Counted from the first letter of the stretch, positions 9,255-18,719 are shown. The stretch: 24,000 nt of DNA from Candidatus Caldarchaeum sp. (GCA_038831915.1 JAWBKB010000013.1:1-24000); one strand, 5' to 3'. The notes: a model not told the origin generated them from the sequence alone. Numbers and translations are program-made.

Positions 9255-10058
9255 CTAGTCACCTTTTCCGACTATTTCTTTTAAAATGGAGTCAGGTTCG
9301 CATTTTAACCCATGTTCGTTGAAAAAGTTGCAAAGTGTTGATACGCCTTTTTCCAAAAGTTGATGTGCGAGAGGATGGCTTGTCTTGACTGCTTGAGCAA
9401 GGTCGATGAGATATGTTTTGAGGTCTTTTGCAACTATGATGTTGTATTCGCTGAGGTCTCCGTGAACCAGTTCAGCCCCTTGATAGAGTTTTCGCAGGTT
9501 TTCCACGACTTGGCCTAGAATGTTTTCAAGCTCGTCATATTCGAAGCTTTCTTCAACGAGTAGGGGATATCGTATTCCATTTTCGCCGAGGAACTGCATC
9601 ACGAGGATGTTTTCTTTATGGGCCAATGGCTTGGGAACCGCTACTCCAGCTTCAAAGGCTTCAACGAGGTTTGCATATTCCCTCCTTGACCAAAGATAGA
9701 TAAACTTTCGGAAATCGCCGGGTATCGATTTGAAACGCGGGTCGTCCACAACATATTGAAGCCTGTTCCGCCTAAATTCCGCAGAGCTAACCAAATAGAT
9801 TTTCACCGCCGCTTCCACTCCGTCGCCAGATATCCCGTGGTAGACCCGGGATTCTTTGCCGGCGCTGATGACGCCCATCACCTGTCGCAGTTTCCCCATG
9901 TTAAGCAGGTCATAGAGAGAAAGAAGTGTTTTTTGGTCGAAGACTTCTTCGAGGCTTTCGTCTAGTTCTGAGCGTTTAATTAAATATCGTTGCTGTCTTT
10001 CCTTTCGGTATTCCTTTTGTCGGAGCTTTTTTTCGAGGTCTTCGACGCCGCCTTTCAA
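9255..10058 (-). CDS. RIO1-type serine protein kinase
   Basis: VISAGKESRVYHG nucleotide-binding loop, ELVHGDLSEYNI catalytic loop, LIDLAQAV metal-binding loop. Confidence 0.96.
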   Translation of the reverse strand: MKGGVEDLEKKLRQKEYRKERQQRYLIKRSELDESLEEVFDQKTLLSLYDLLNMGKLRQVMGVISAGKESRVYHGISGDGVEAAVKIYLVSSAEFRRNRLQYVVDDPRFKSIPGDFRKFIYLWSRREYANLVEAFEAGVAVPKPLAHKENILVMQFLGENGIRYPLLVEESFEYDELENILGQVVENLRKLYQGAELVHGDLSEYNIIVAKDLKTYLIDLAQAVKTSHPLAHQLLEKGVSTLCNFFNEHGLKCEPDSILKEIVGKGD

Positions 10059-10080
10059 AACCTATCCCATTAATTGAAAA

Positions 10081-10205
10081 TCCCGCGGGCAGGATTTGAA
10101 CCTGCGACCACCCGGTTTCCATGTAGCCTGGAGCGCTGAATTCGTCGGTTCAGCCTTGGGCTGACCGCTACAGCCGGGCGCTCTACCAGGCTGAGCTACC
10201 GCGGG
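10081..10205 (-). tRNA. tRNA-Tyr(GTA) with intron; CCA not encoded
   Basis: Manual fold on the minus strand: acceptor CCCGCGG/CCGCGGG plus discriminator A, U8A9, D stem GCTC/GAGC, anticodon stem CCCGG/CCGGG with loop CTGTAG|A, 5-nt variable loop, T arm GCAGG TTCAAAT CCTGC. C1-G72 is typical of archaeal tRNA-Tyr. Confidence 0.95.
10117..10167 (-). other. 51-nt tRNA-Tyr intron at canonical position 37/38
   Basis: Removing this segment restores a 7-nt CTGTAGA anticodon loop and a 74-nt tRNA. The intron contains the hairpin CGGTCAGCC-CAA-GGCTGAACCG. Confidence 0.88.
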
Positions 10206-10210
10206 ATTTT

Positions 10211-10774
10211 CTACGATTTGTCAATTGATTTGATGTTTTTTAGTTTTTCGAATGCGCGGAACCTCTTCGTCAAAATGTATGCGTTTATGGCAAGAAGCAG
10301 GAAGGCGACGGCAGTTAGGTATGGGCTTAACGACGTGATAAGCCCGATGCCGAAGAAGGCGAGTGAAAGCGGCCATCCGCAGCAGAGATATCCGAAGCTT
10401 ATGATGCTGGCGAGTAGTCCACCGACACCGCTCCAAGCCGTTCCGATTAAACAAGCGCGTAGCAAGCCTTTCCTGTACAGGAGTAATAGCAGGCCCGCGT
10501 TATAGCCCACTAGCGTGGAAATCACCAAGCCAATCAAAGCTGGAAAAATTCTGAGGTTGACCACGAAGCCGTCTCCGATGATTTGTAGCATCGGCCCAGT
10601 GTAGAACTGGCTTTCAACGTGGGTTAGAACGAAAACTGTCTGTTGAATCCCGATTCGCGGCGCCGTGATGAACTGCGCCGCACCTGTAAACATTAGGTAG
10701 AATACATAGTATGGGATGAGCACCGCGACAGCAAAACCGAGCAATTGTTTATTCATCATCTGCTCAGAAGCCAT
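10211..10774 (-). CDS. Small multi-pass membrane protein of unknown function with CC motif, next to SCO1
   Basis: 187 aa with several hydrophobic segments, YLCCGWP in a loop or TM edge; overlaps the SCO1 gene by 19 nt on the same strand. Confidence 0.8.
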   Translation of the reverse strand: MASEQMMNKQLLGFAVAVLIPYYVFYLMFTGAAQFITAPRIGIQQTVFVLTHVESQFYTGPMLQIIGDGFVVNLRIFPALIGLVISTLVGYNAGLLLLLYRKGLLRACLIGTAWSGVGGLLASIISFGYLCCGWPLSLAFFGIGLITSLSPYLTAVAFLLLAINAYILTKRFRAFEKLKNIKSIDKS

Positions 10775-11373
10775 TCAACAGTTTTCCTGTACTCGTCATA
10801 TTCCATGTCAGGGGTTAGAGCGGTCCTTAGAATGTGATTCTTGTCCGCGCCCAAAACCATCGCATAGTGGTCGACTAAGTAATTGCCCTTTTCATCAGGC
10901 GGAAGCTTTTTCGCAAAAATGTTGTACTGGACCATTACTTGACCGACTTCTTCAGGAGTGCCAGTCAAGGCGATTATACGAGGTGAATAGTATGAGACGT
11001 ATCTTTTCATCATATCAGATGTATCTCTTTCAGGGTCGACAGTGATGAAAATGAAAGCAACTTTGTCAGCGTTCGGGCCGAGGTCTTTAATCAGCTTACC
11101 GAACTTACTTAACACAAGTGGACAGACATCCGGACAGTTTGTATACCCGAAATACATCAGGACAACTTTCCCTTTCACGCTGGATAACTTGAACGGTTTT
11201 CCATTTTGGTCGGTCAAGGTAAAATCAGGCAAAACACGTTCACCGGGGATTTCGATGGCCGGCCTGTAGCCGAAAAAATCTCCTCGCATCAACAACGCCG
11301 CTAACGCACCCAAGGCCGCGGCGAGAACCGCCACCCCGACAAACAACAATATTTTAGCTCGCATCAACTGCAT
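10756..11373 (-). CDS. SCO1/SenC family copper/thiol protein, membrane-anchored thioredoxin fold
   Basis: N-terminal TM, DFTLTDQNGKPF, GYTNCPDVCP (CxxxC) and VDHYAMV histidine. Confidence 0.93.
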   Translation of the reverse strand: MQLMRAKILLFVGVAVLAAALGALAALLMRGDFFGYRPAIEIPGERVLPDFTLTDQNGKPFKLSSVKGKVVLMYFGYTNCPDVCPLVLSKFGKLIKDLGPNADKVAFIFITVDPERDTSDMMKRYVSYYSPRIIALTGTPEEVGQVMVQYNIFAKKLPPDEKGNYLVDHYAMVLGADKNHILRTALTPDMEYDEYRKTVEWLLSR

Positions 11374-11447
11374 CTGTTCTTCAGCACAACTTTAAGCTAT
11401 TTAGCCTACTTAAGATTTAAACACGAGAGACGCTGTCTTACCGTGGG

Positions 11448-14000
11448 TTGGCAGGTCTTCCCCACAAAGTTGTGAAAAGAGATGGAAGGGTTGTTGACTT
11501 TGACTCAGCGAGGATTAGGGAAGCCATTCGAAAGGCCATGGCTTCACAAAAGATTTTAGACGAGGAACTCTTAGAATCTGTGACTGCTTCAGTTCTTGAC
11601 CAGCTATCGAAAAAATTCGGCTCCGAAAAGATTCCCCACTTGGAGGAGATTCAGGACATCGTTGAATCCACCTTGATGGATAAAGGGTTGAAGGATGTGG
11701 CTAAGGCTTACATCCTCTACCGCCGTGAAAGAACGCGAATACGCGAAGAAAAAATGAGAATACTGGGAACGAGCTTCATCGATGAAGTCGACAAAAAGTT
11801 TTCGCTAAACGCTTTGAGGCTGATGGTTTCAAGATATCTCCTAAAGGACAAGGACGGTAAAGTGGTTGAGAAGCCAAAGCAAATGTTTCAGAGAGTCGCG
11901 GCTTTGATTGTTTTGGCTGACGTTGTTTACGACCCGATATTCTTCGACCGCGATGGGAGAAACAAGCCCCATCCATTTGACCACAGCGTTATACATCGAT
12001 ATGCTGACAAAATCGGCATCGGTCCCGCGGAAAACCCGTTAGAAACGAAGTGGAACATGTATCATCTCGACCGGCTGGCAGCGCTTTACAAACGCTTAAA
12101 CGAAGCCGGCCAAATGATGAAGCCACTCGAAGAAATATTGGAATTACTCCGAACCAACTCTCATCGCTTCTACGAAAGATACAAGCGATATTATGATTTG
12201 ATGGTTGAGAAAAAGTTTCTACCCAACAGCCCAACCCTTTTCAACGCTGGCACCGTTTTGAACCAGCTTAGTGCGTGTTTCGTTCTGGACGTAGAGGATG
12301 ACATTGGCTCGATCATGAAAACCGCTGAGGAGGCGGCGATCATTTTCAAGACCGGCGGCGGCGTGGGTGTCAATTATTCGAAGCTCCGTCCTGAAGGAGA
12401 CGTGGTCGCATCCACTGGAGGTGTTGCGTCCGGTCCAGTTTCGTTCATGAGGATAATCGATACAGTGACAGATGTTGTCAAGCAGGGAGGTCGCCGTCGT
12501 GGGGCAAACATCGGCGTGCTAAACATCAATCATCCAGACATCGAAAAATTTATCACCGCTAAGCTGACGCCTGGCTTCCTCGAAAACTTCAACATATCGG
12601 TAATGGTTTTACCCGATTTTTGGTTGCACTATGAGCAGAGGAAGCCGTATCCCTTAGTCAACCCGAGAGACGGCTCTTTGTGGAAAACAGTCGACCCGCA
12701 CGGGCTGTTGCGTTTAATCGCGGAAACCGCGTGGAAAACAGCCGATCCTGGCTTGCTGTACCACGACAACATTAACGAGTTGAATCCTCTCGAAGAAATC
12801 TATGGCAAGATCAACTGTGTCAACCCATGCGGCGAACAACCTCTCTATCCACACGAATCATGTAATCTCGGCTCCATCAACCTTCACGCATTCGTCAAAA
12901 ACGGCCAGATAGACTGGAAAGAACTGGAAGAAACTGTGAAAACTGCTGTAAAATTTTTGGACAACGTGGTCGACCTGACTAACCATCCGACAGAAGCCAT
13001 CGAAAAAATGACGCTTCGAACACGGCGAATTGGACTTGGCGTCATGGGGCTCGCCGACATGCTGTATGAACTCAAAATACCGTATAACAGCGAAGAAGGG
13101 TTCGAAACCATGTCGAAAGTCATGGAATTCATCGCGTACAAGGCCGTTGAAACATCTGCCGAAATCGCCCAGCAGCGAGGACCATTTCCAGATTTTGAAA
13201 AGAGTGCATGGGCGCGACGCCGTCTTCCCTTCAAAGGCGTCTACTTATACACCAAGAAATGGATGGACTGGGATGGTTTGGCCGAGAAGGCGGCAAACGG
13301 CATGCGTAACAGCTACCTCTTGACCGTTGCGCCGACGGGAAGCATATCAATGCTCGCCGAAGTTTCTTCGGGGCTTGAGCCGCAGTTCGCACTCGTCTAC
13401 CGCAAACAGGTAACCGCTGGCATCTTCTACTACGTCGACCGGGTCTTCGAAAAATATCTAGAAGATAATCTTCTCCCGAAGGAGACGGTTTTGAGAATGG
13501 TGGCTGATAACGGCGGCTCGGTGCAGGGATTGGACATGATCCCGGCCCAAGCTCGCCAAATCTTCGTGACAGCGTTGGATATTCCGTGGTGGGATCATCT
13601 TCGTGCGCAGGCGGAGATACAGAAATGGGTCGATGCATCGGTCAGCAAAACCATCAACATGCCGTCTTGGGTGACGGTCGATGACGTTTTGAAGGCTTTT
13701 GTGGCTGCTCACAGGCTTGGCTTGAAAGGTGTCACGGTTTATAGGGACGGCTCAAAAACTGCTCAGGTTTTGCAGACCCCAACACAGACACGTGGAAGAT
13801 ACAGCATCGAAGTGAAGAACAACACGGCCGAAATCTTTAGAAAAATCGGAATAGAGGTCGGTGAAATTCCGTCACGGTCCTTCGCCGTTCCGCCATCGGC
13901 TACCGTGGTTTGTCCTGTCTGCGGAGGCAAGGAATTAGTCTTTCAAGAGGGCTGTCAAAAATGTGTTGACTGCGGATGGTCCAGCTGCGTTATTGCGTAA
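11448..14000 (+). CDS. Adenosylcobalamin-dependent (class II type) ribonucleoside-diphosphate reductase with N-terminal ATP cone
   Basis: ATP-cone VVKRDGRVVDFDSARIREAIRKA; NSPTLFNAGT; VNPCGEQPLYPHESCNLGSINL; PTGSISMLAEVSSGLEP; C-terminal CPVCGGKELVFQEGCQKCVDCG. Confidence 0.93.
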   Translation: MAGLPHKVVKRDGRVVDFDSARIREAIRKAMASQKILDEELLESVTASVLDQLSKKFGSEKIPHLEEIQDIVESTLMDKGLKDVAKAYILYRRERTRIREEKMRILGTSFIDEVDKKFSLNALRLMVSRYLLKDKDGKVVEKPKQMFQRVAALIVLADVVYDPIFFDRDGRNKPHPFDHSVIHRYADKIGIGPAENPLETKWNMYHLDRLAALYKRLNEAGQMMKPLEEILELLRTNSHRFYERYKRYYDLMVEKKFLPNSPTLFNAGTVLNQLSACFVLDVEDDIGSIMKTAEEAAIIFKTGGGVGVNYSKLRPEGDVVASTGGVASGPVSFMRIIDTVTDVVKQGGRRRGANIGVLNINHPDIEKFITAKLTPGFLENFNISVMVLPDFWLHYEQRKPYPLVNPRDGSLWKTVDPHGLLRLIAETAWKTADPGLLYHDNINELNPLEEIYGKINCVNPCGEQPLYPHESCNLGSINLHAFVKNGQIDWKELEETVKTAVKFLDNVVDLTNHPTEAIEKMTLRTRRIGLGVMGLADMLYELKIPYNSEEGFETMSKVMEFIAYKAVETSAEIAQQRGPFPDFEKSAWARRRLPFKGVYLYTKKWMDWDGLAEKAANGMRNSYLLTVAPTGSISMLAEVSSGLEPQFALVYRKQVTAGIFYYVDRVFEKYLEDNLLPKETVLRMVADNGGSVQGLDMIPAQARQIFVTALDIPWWDHLRAQAEIQKWVDASVSKTINMPSWVTVDDVLKAFVAAHRLGLKGVTVYRDGSKTAQVLQTPTQTRGRYSIEVKNNTAEIFRKIGIEVGEIPSRSFAVPPSATVVCPVCGGKELVFQEGCQKCVDCGWSSCVIA

Positions 14001-14025
14001 AGCCTAAAAACCACAAGTCAAAACA

Positions 14026-14472
14026 ATGAACATGTCCGCGGTAATTAGTAGAGCGAAAGCCGTTTGGGAGGGTGACCTATTCCACGGCAAAGGCGTGGTT
14101 AGCTTCGACAGCGGAGCTTTGCCTCAGAAAGAAATAACATGGGCTGCACGTTCGTCGAAGATACCGGGTATGACTAGTCCGGAAGAGCTGCTCGCAGCCG
14201 CTCACGCGGGTTGTTTCGCCATGGCTCTTTCGAACATTTTGGCAAAGGAAGGCAAGCCGGCGACGCGGCTCGAAGTCACAGCCGACGCTGTTTTCACGAA
14301 AACCGACGAAGGATTTAAAATCACAGAGATAACTCTGACCGTGGTTGGAGTTGTTCCCGGAATGGACCAGACTGGTTTCGCGAAGGCGGCGTCAGCTGCG
14401 GGAGAGGGATGCCCAGTCTCGAAAGCTTTGAAAGGAAACGTCAAAATCAACTTAAACGCCCGGCTTGCGTAA
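14026..14472 (+). CDS. OsmC/Ohr family peroxiredoxin-like protein
   Basis: SPEELLAAAHAGCFAMALSNIL and EGCPVSKAL motifs. Confidence 0.92.
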   Translation: MNMSAVISRAKAVWEGDLFHGKGVVSFDSGALPQKEITWAARSSKIPGMTSPEELLAAAHAGCFAMALSNILAKEGKPATRLEVTADAVFTKTDEGFKITEITLTVVGVVPGMDQTGFAKAASAAGEGCPVSKALKGNVKINLNARLA

Positions 14473-14986
14473 ATCGACTCTAACGTTTCTCGTTCTTTTT
14501 TCACTTCTTCTCGGAGCAGTTTTATTTCAAGCTAGCCTGAAAGCTGGCAACGATAGCGCGGCATCTCAGTCAGCCACCTTGACCAGCTATGAAAATACCC
14601 AGACAAGCATTTCCTATGTCGAAGTGGGAAGGTTCAGGGTTTATGTCGAAGTGGCGGATGACGATGTTGAAAAGGCGCGCGGGCTTTCAGGTCGCGAAAG
14701 TCTTCCACCCGACTGGGGGATGTTGTTTATTTTCGACAGACCAGGCATGTATAGCTTCTGGATGTATGAAATGCGTTTTCCCATTGACATCATCTGGATA
14801 AACGAAACTTTTCACATAGTTTTCATAGTGGAAAATGCTCCTCCATGCCTTCCATCAGATGTTTGCGTCCCTTACGCTCCTAACGCACAGGCAAAATATG
14901 TGTTGGAAATTAATGCCGGTCTTGTTGAACGATATGGGATAAAGGTGGGGGATAGAGTGGTTTTTTCGTCTGGTTTAGCCGACTGA
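14465..14986 (+). CDS. DUF192 family protein, secreted or membrane-anchored
   Basis: N-terminal hydrophobic segment then [46 protein letters not shown], typical of DUF192. Confidence 0.88.
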   Translation: MRKSTLTFLVLFSLLLGAVLFQASLKAGNDSAASQSATLTSYENTQTSISYVEVGRFRVYVEVADDDVEKARGLSGRESLPPDWGMLFIFDRPGMYSFWMYEMRFPIDIIWINETFHIVFIVENAPPCLPSDVCVPYAPNAQAKYVLEINAGLVERYGIKVGDRVVFSSGLAD

Positions 14987-16375
14987 TCCTGACATTTCCA
15001 ACTCGATGAGCCTGTTGAATTCGACGGCGTACTCCATCGGCAGTGTCTTCGTGAAGGGCTCAAGGAAGCCGAGCACTATCATGTTTAATGCTTCTTGTTC
15101 TGATAGTCCGCGGGTCATCAGGTAGAAGAGCTGTTCTTCGCCGATTTTGCCGACAGTTGCTTCATGTGTTGCGGTTGTGTCTTCTTCGTTTATCTCGTTG
15201 TATGGATAAGTGTCTGTTCGCGAAATGTCGTCTAGGATGAGGGCGTCGCATCTCACGCTTGATTTTACTCTTTTCGCACCTTTTGCCACATGCAATAATC
15301 CTCTGTAGGATGTTCGGCCACCGCTTTTGCAGACTGATTTTGAGGTGATGCGCGAAGTAGTCTCAGGCGCAAGATGAACCGCTTTAGCTCCGGTGTCCTG
15401 ATGCTGTCCTCTTCCAGCGAAAGCAACAGAGAGAATGTCGGCTTTCGCACCGCGGCCCAATAGATAAACGCTGGGATATTTCATGGTGACTTTGCTCCCG
15501 ATGTTTGCGTCTACCCATTCGACTGTCGCTTCTTCATAGGCATGGGCGCGTTTAGTGACGAGGTTGTATACATCGCTGCTCCAGTTCTGAAGGGTGGTAT
15601 AGCGGACGTAAGCGCCTTTCTTGGCGATAATTTCGACGACCGCGGTGTGAAGCGAGGAAGTTGAGTAAATCGGCGCCGTGCAACCCTCGATGTAGTGTAC
15701 CCGACTGTACGGCTCTGCTATGATAAGAGTCCTTTCGAACTGGCCGACGTTTGCAGCGTTGATTCTGAAGTAAGCCTGCAATGGATACTGGATTTCAACT
15801 CCTTCAGGGACGTAGATGAAGCTTCCTCCGCTGAAGACGGCGCTGTTGAGTGCTGCGAATTTGTTGTCCTCTGGTGGAACAACTTTGCCGAAGTATGGTT
15901 TGAAGATGTCCGAATATTCGCGGAAAGCCGTGTCAGGGTCGACGAAAATTACGCCTTTCTTTTCCAGCTCTTTCTGCAAATTGTGGTAGACGACTTCGCT
16001 TTCGTACTGAGCGCCAACGCCGGCAAGGAACTTACGCTCCGCCTCCGGAATTCCCAGCTTTTCAAATGTGTTTTTAATGTATTCGGGGACTTCGTCCCAG
16101 CTCCTGGCTTTTCGGTCGCTCGGCTTGATGTAGTAGTGTATGCGGTCGAAATCAACTCCTGAAAGGTCAGCCCCCCAGATTGGCATGGGTTTTTTGTAAA
16201 AGATTTCGAGGCTTTTCATTCTGAATTTCCTCAGCCATTCGGGTTCGTCTTTGTGTCGTGAAATTTCTTCGACTACTTCTCCGGATAGGCCGGGTTTTGA
16301 TTTGTAGACATAGAGCTCAGGGTCTTTAAAGTCGTATTTCGTGTAGTCGATTTCGAGTGTGGTTTTTTCACCCAT
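14975..16375 (-). CDS. sufB: Fe-S cluster assembly scaffold SufB
   Basis: Full-length SufB pattern: [73 protein letters not shown]. Confidence 0.95.
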   Translation of the reverse strand: MGEKTTLEIDYTKYDFKDPELYVYKSKPGLSGEVVEEISRHKDEPEWLRKFRMKSLEIFYKKPMPIWGADLSGVDFDRIHYYIKPSDRKARSWDEVPEYIKNTFEKLGIPEAERKFLAGVGAQYESEVVYHNLQKELEKKGVIFVDPDTAFREYSDIFKPYFGKVVPPEDNKFAALNSAVFSGGSFIYVPEGVEIQYPLQAYFRINAANVGQFERTLIIAEPYSRVHYIEGCTAPIYSTSSLHTAVVEIIAKKGAYVRYTTLQNWSSDVYNLVTKRAHAYEEATVEWVDANIGSKVTMKYPSVYLLGRGAKADILSVAFAGRGQHQDTGAKAVHLAPETTSRITSKSVCKSGGRTSYRGLLHVAKGAKRVKSSVRCDALILDDISRTDTYPYNEINEEDTTATHEATVGKIGEEQLFYLMTRGLSEQEALNMIVLGFLEPFTKTLPMEYAVEFNRLIELEMSGSVG

Positions 16376-16400
16376 TCGGATATAACGGCGTTATAGTGCG

Positions 16401-16407
16401 ATTTATA
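16401..16407 (-). promoter_or_regulatory. TATA box for sufB
   Basis: Minus-strand TATAAAT centred about 29 nt upstream of ATG 16375, right after the stop codon of the upstream gene. Confidence 0.6.
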
Positions 16408-16409
16408 CG

Positions 16410-18695
16410 TTACCCGATAACACCATTGTCATCGAAGCTGAAAGGCCTGATTGGGAGTTTTTTGACGCGTTTACCCGTAGCGTCGTAAATCGCGTTGGCT
16501 ATCGCCGCAGCGGTAGGTATGCAGCCTGTTTCGCCTATTCCTTTCGCTCCGAAGGGTCCGGCTGGGTCTGGTGTTTCGATGAAAACTGCCTTGATTTCCG
16601 GTGTTTCAACCGCTGTTGGCAATAGGTAATCCATGAAAGATGCATTCACCACACGTCCTTGTTCAAGGACGAGCTCTTCATACAAGCTGTATCCTATACC
16701 CATCAAGACGCCGCCGTGAACCTGTCCTTCTGCGGCAGCAGGATTGAGGATGCGGCCTGAGTCATGCACGGAGATAACCTTCAAAACCTTCACCCACTTG
16801 GTTTCAGGATCGACCTCGACTAAAACAGCCTGCGCGCCGAAGACGTATGCAGCTGACAGGTTGCCCATCCATCTTTCATCCTGCATTTCTGTCGGCGGGT
16901 CGTAATAGGCGGACACAACGATGTTACTTCCGCCCTGGCGGAAATGAATTCTACGCACCAGTTTGTCGAATTCAATTTTCATCGACGGGTTTTGCCGGTC
17001 GTATACGATACCCTTTTCAAACACGATATTGTCTTCGGTTGTTCGGAGCTCCTCTGAGGCAGCTTTGGCTAGAATCGCTTTGACTCGTCGCGCGGCTAAA
17101 AAGGCGGAGTTGCCCGCGACGAAGGTTGCTCTGCTTGCGTGTGTTCCGACGTCCCATGGCCTTATTGATGCGTCGTCGTTCACGACTCGGACGTTTTGAA
17201 CATCAATTCCGAGTTCTTCTGCGACTATTTGTGCGATGGCCGTGTCGGAGCCTGTTCCGAGGTCAGTCGAACCCGTGATAACCGTGACCAAGCCAAAGTC
17301 ATCAATCGTCAAAATTGTGCCACATCCATCAGAACGGTACACACGGGCTCCGCCGCCGACGTGGAAGAAAGCCGCCAACCCGATTCCCCGGTTGTAGCCA
17401 GCCATCCCCCGCCCTTTCCAACCGATTAATTCAGCGGCCTTTCTCAAACAAGCTTTCATCTCACACGTGGTGATTTTCATCCCCTGGGGAGTAACGCTGT
17501 ATGGTTCGTTTGCGTTGATGAGGCGGAATTCGACCGGGTCCATGCCGAGTTCCTCGGCGAGTGCGTCCATCTGCTGTTCGATGGCGAAAGTGATTTGCGG
17601 ATTGCCTGCACCTCTTTGGGTTCCGGTATACGGGTTGTTGGTATACACTATTTTTGCTTCGAACCATACATGTGGAAGGTCGTAGAGACCGGTTGTTGTG
17701 GCCATCATGACGCGTGCGTCGAAGGGCCCCCATGAAACATAGGCTCCGGCATCGAGGATTACACTGGCTTCACGGGCCAAAAGCTTACCACTCCGGTCTG
17801 CAGCGGAACGCATGTAAATTATCGCGGGCTGCCGTGGCGGTGCGTATTGGAGTTCTTCTTCGCGGCTAAACACTAGCTTCACAGGTCTTCGAGTCGAAAT
17901 CGACAAAGCCGCAGCTATGGGGTCGAGCGGATAAAGATCCATACCACGGCCAAAAGCTCCTCCTATTTCGGGCTGTATCACTCGAATCTTTGCAGGGTTG
18001 AAACCGAGAGTTTTCGCGAGTTCATGACGGTAGAGAAACGGAGCTTGAGTGTTTGTATAGACAATCAGCTCACCTAGGTCCGTGTAATGAGCCACCACAC
18101 CCATCGTGCCGAGAGGCGAGGCATTCATATATTGGACCTGATAACGGTCTGAGATAACCGCCGCGGCTTTCTCAAAAATCTGGTCGAAGGATTCTTTGTC
18201 TAATGTGGTGAAATTCATTTTGAGGTCGACGACGTTGCTTCGGTTTTCCTCGTGGACGAGTGGAGCATCAGGTTCCATGGCTTTTTCCGGGTCGAAAACT
18301 CCCTCAAGCGGCTCATATTCGACTTCGATTGCTTCAACCGCTTCTTCTGCTTGCTCAGGAGTTTCCGCTGCAACAGCGGCGATTTCATCCCTGACCGACC
18401 TGACTTTGCCCGTTTTAAGCGGCGGATGGTCCTGTAGAATTCCCATGTTCCTAAATCGTGTGTCGTATCCAGTTATTACAGCCCTGACGCCCGGCATGCG
18501 ACGAGCTTTTTCGGTGTTGATGCGGATGATCTTTGCATGCGGATACCTGCTTCGCAAAATCTTCCCATAAAGCATGTTGGGAAGCTCAACATCATCAACG
18601 TATCGGGCCAACCCACGAACCTTAGATAGTCCATCAATCTTTGGAATCGACTTGCCAATTACTCGATACCTCTCAGCATAAGTAAGCATGGGCAA
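16410..18695 (-). CDS. Xanthine dehydrogenase family molybdopterin-binding (large) subunit (ATG start likely 18689)
   Basis: GGAFGRG, QRGAGNPQ, TGSTDLGTGSDTAIAQIVAEELGI, and catalytic-Glu motif GAKGIGETG. Confidence 0.92.
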   Translation of the reverse strand: MPMLTYAERYRVIGKSIPKIDGLSKVRGLARYVDDVELPNMLYGKILRSRYPHAKIIRINTEKARRMPGVRAVITGYDTRFRNMGILQDHPPLKTGKVRSVRDEIAAVAAETPEQAEEAVEAIEVEYEPLEGVFDPEKAMEPDAPLVHEENRSNVVDLKMNFTTLDKESFDQIFEKAAAVISDRYQVQYMNASPLGTMGVVAHYTDLGELIVYTNTQAPFLYRHELAKTLGFNPAKIRVIQPEIGGAFGRGMDLYPLDPIAAALSISTRRPVKLVFSREEELQYAPPRQPAIIYMRSAADRSGKLLAREASVILDAGAYVSWGPFDARVMMATTTGLYDLPHVWFEAKIVYTNNPYTGTQRGAGNPQITFAIEQQMDALAEELGMDPVEFRLINANEPYSVTPQGMKITTCEMKACLRKAAELIGWKGRGMAGYNRGIGLAAFFHVGGGARVYRSDGCGTILTIDDFGLVTVITGSTDLGTGSDTAIAQIVAEELGIDVQNVRVVNDDASIRPWDVGTHASRATFVAGNSAFLAARRVKAILAKAASEELRTTEDNIVFEKGIVYDRQNPSMKIEFDKLVRRIHFRQGGSNIVVSAYYDPPTEMQDERWMGNLSAAYVFGAQAVLVEVDPETKWVKVLKVISVHDSGRILNPAAAEGQVHGGVLMGIGYSLYEELVLEQGRVVNASFMDYLLPTAVETPEIKAVFIETPDPAGPFGAKGIGETGCIPTAAAIANAIYDATGKRVKKLPIRPFSFDDNGVIG

Positions 18696-18713
18696 TCAAC
18701 ATCGATTGTATGG

Positions 18714-18719
18714 TTTAAA
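18714..18719 (-). promoter_or_regulatory. TATA-like TTTAAA for the molybdopterin-subunit gene
   Basis: TTTAAA centred about 27-28 nt upstream of ATG 18689 on the minus strand. Confidence 0.45.

Noticed and set aside
11776-13712. Many antisense ORFs opposite the ribonucleotide reductase (up to 135 aa)
   Set aside because: Shadow ORFs of a strongly coding gene; Arg/Ser/Pro-rich composition and no family signature.
16410-18695. Calling the molybdopterin protein a CO dehydrogenase (CoxL)
   Set aside because: Lacks the AYRCSFR active-site loop; the sequence has QRGAGNPQ instead.
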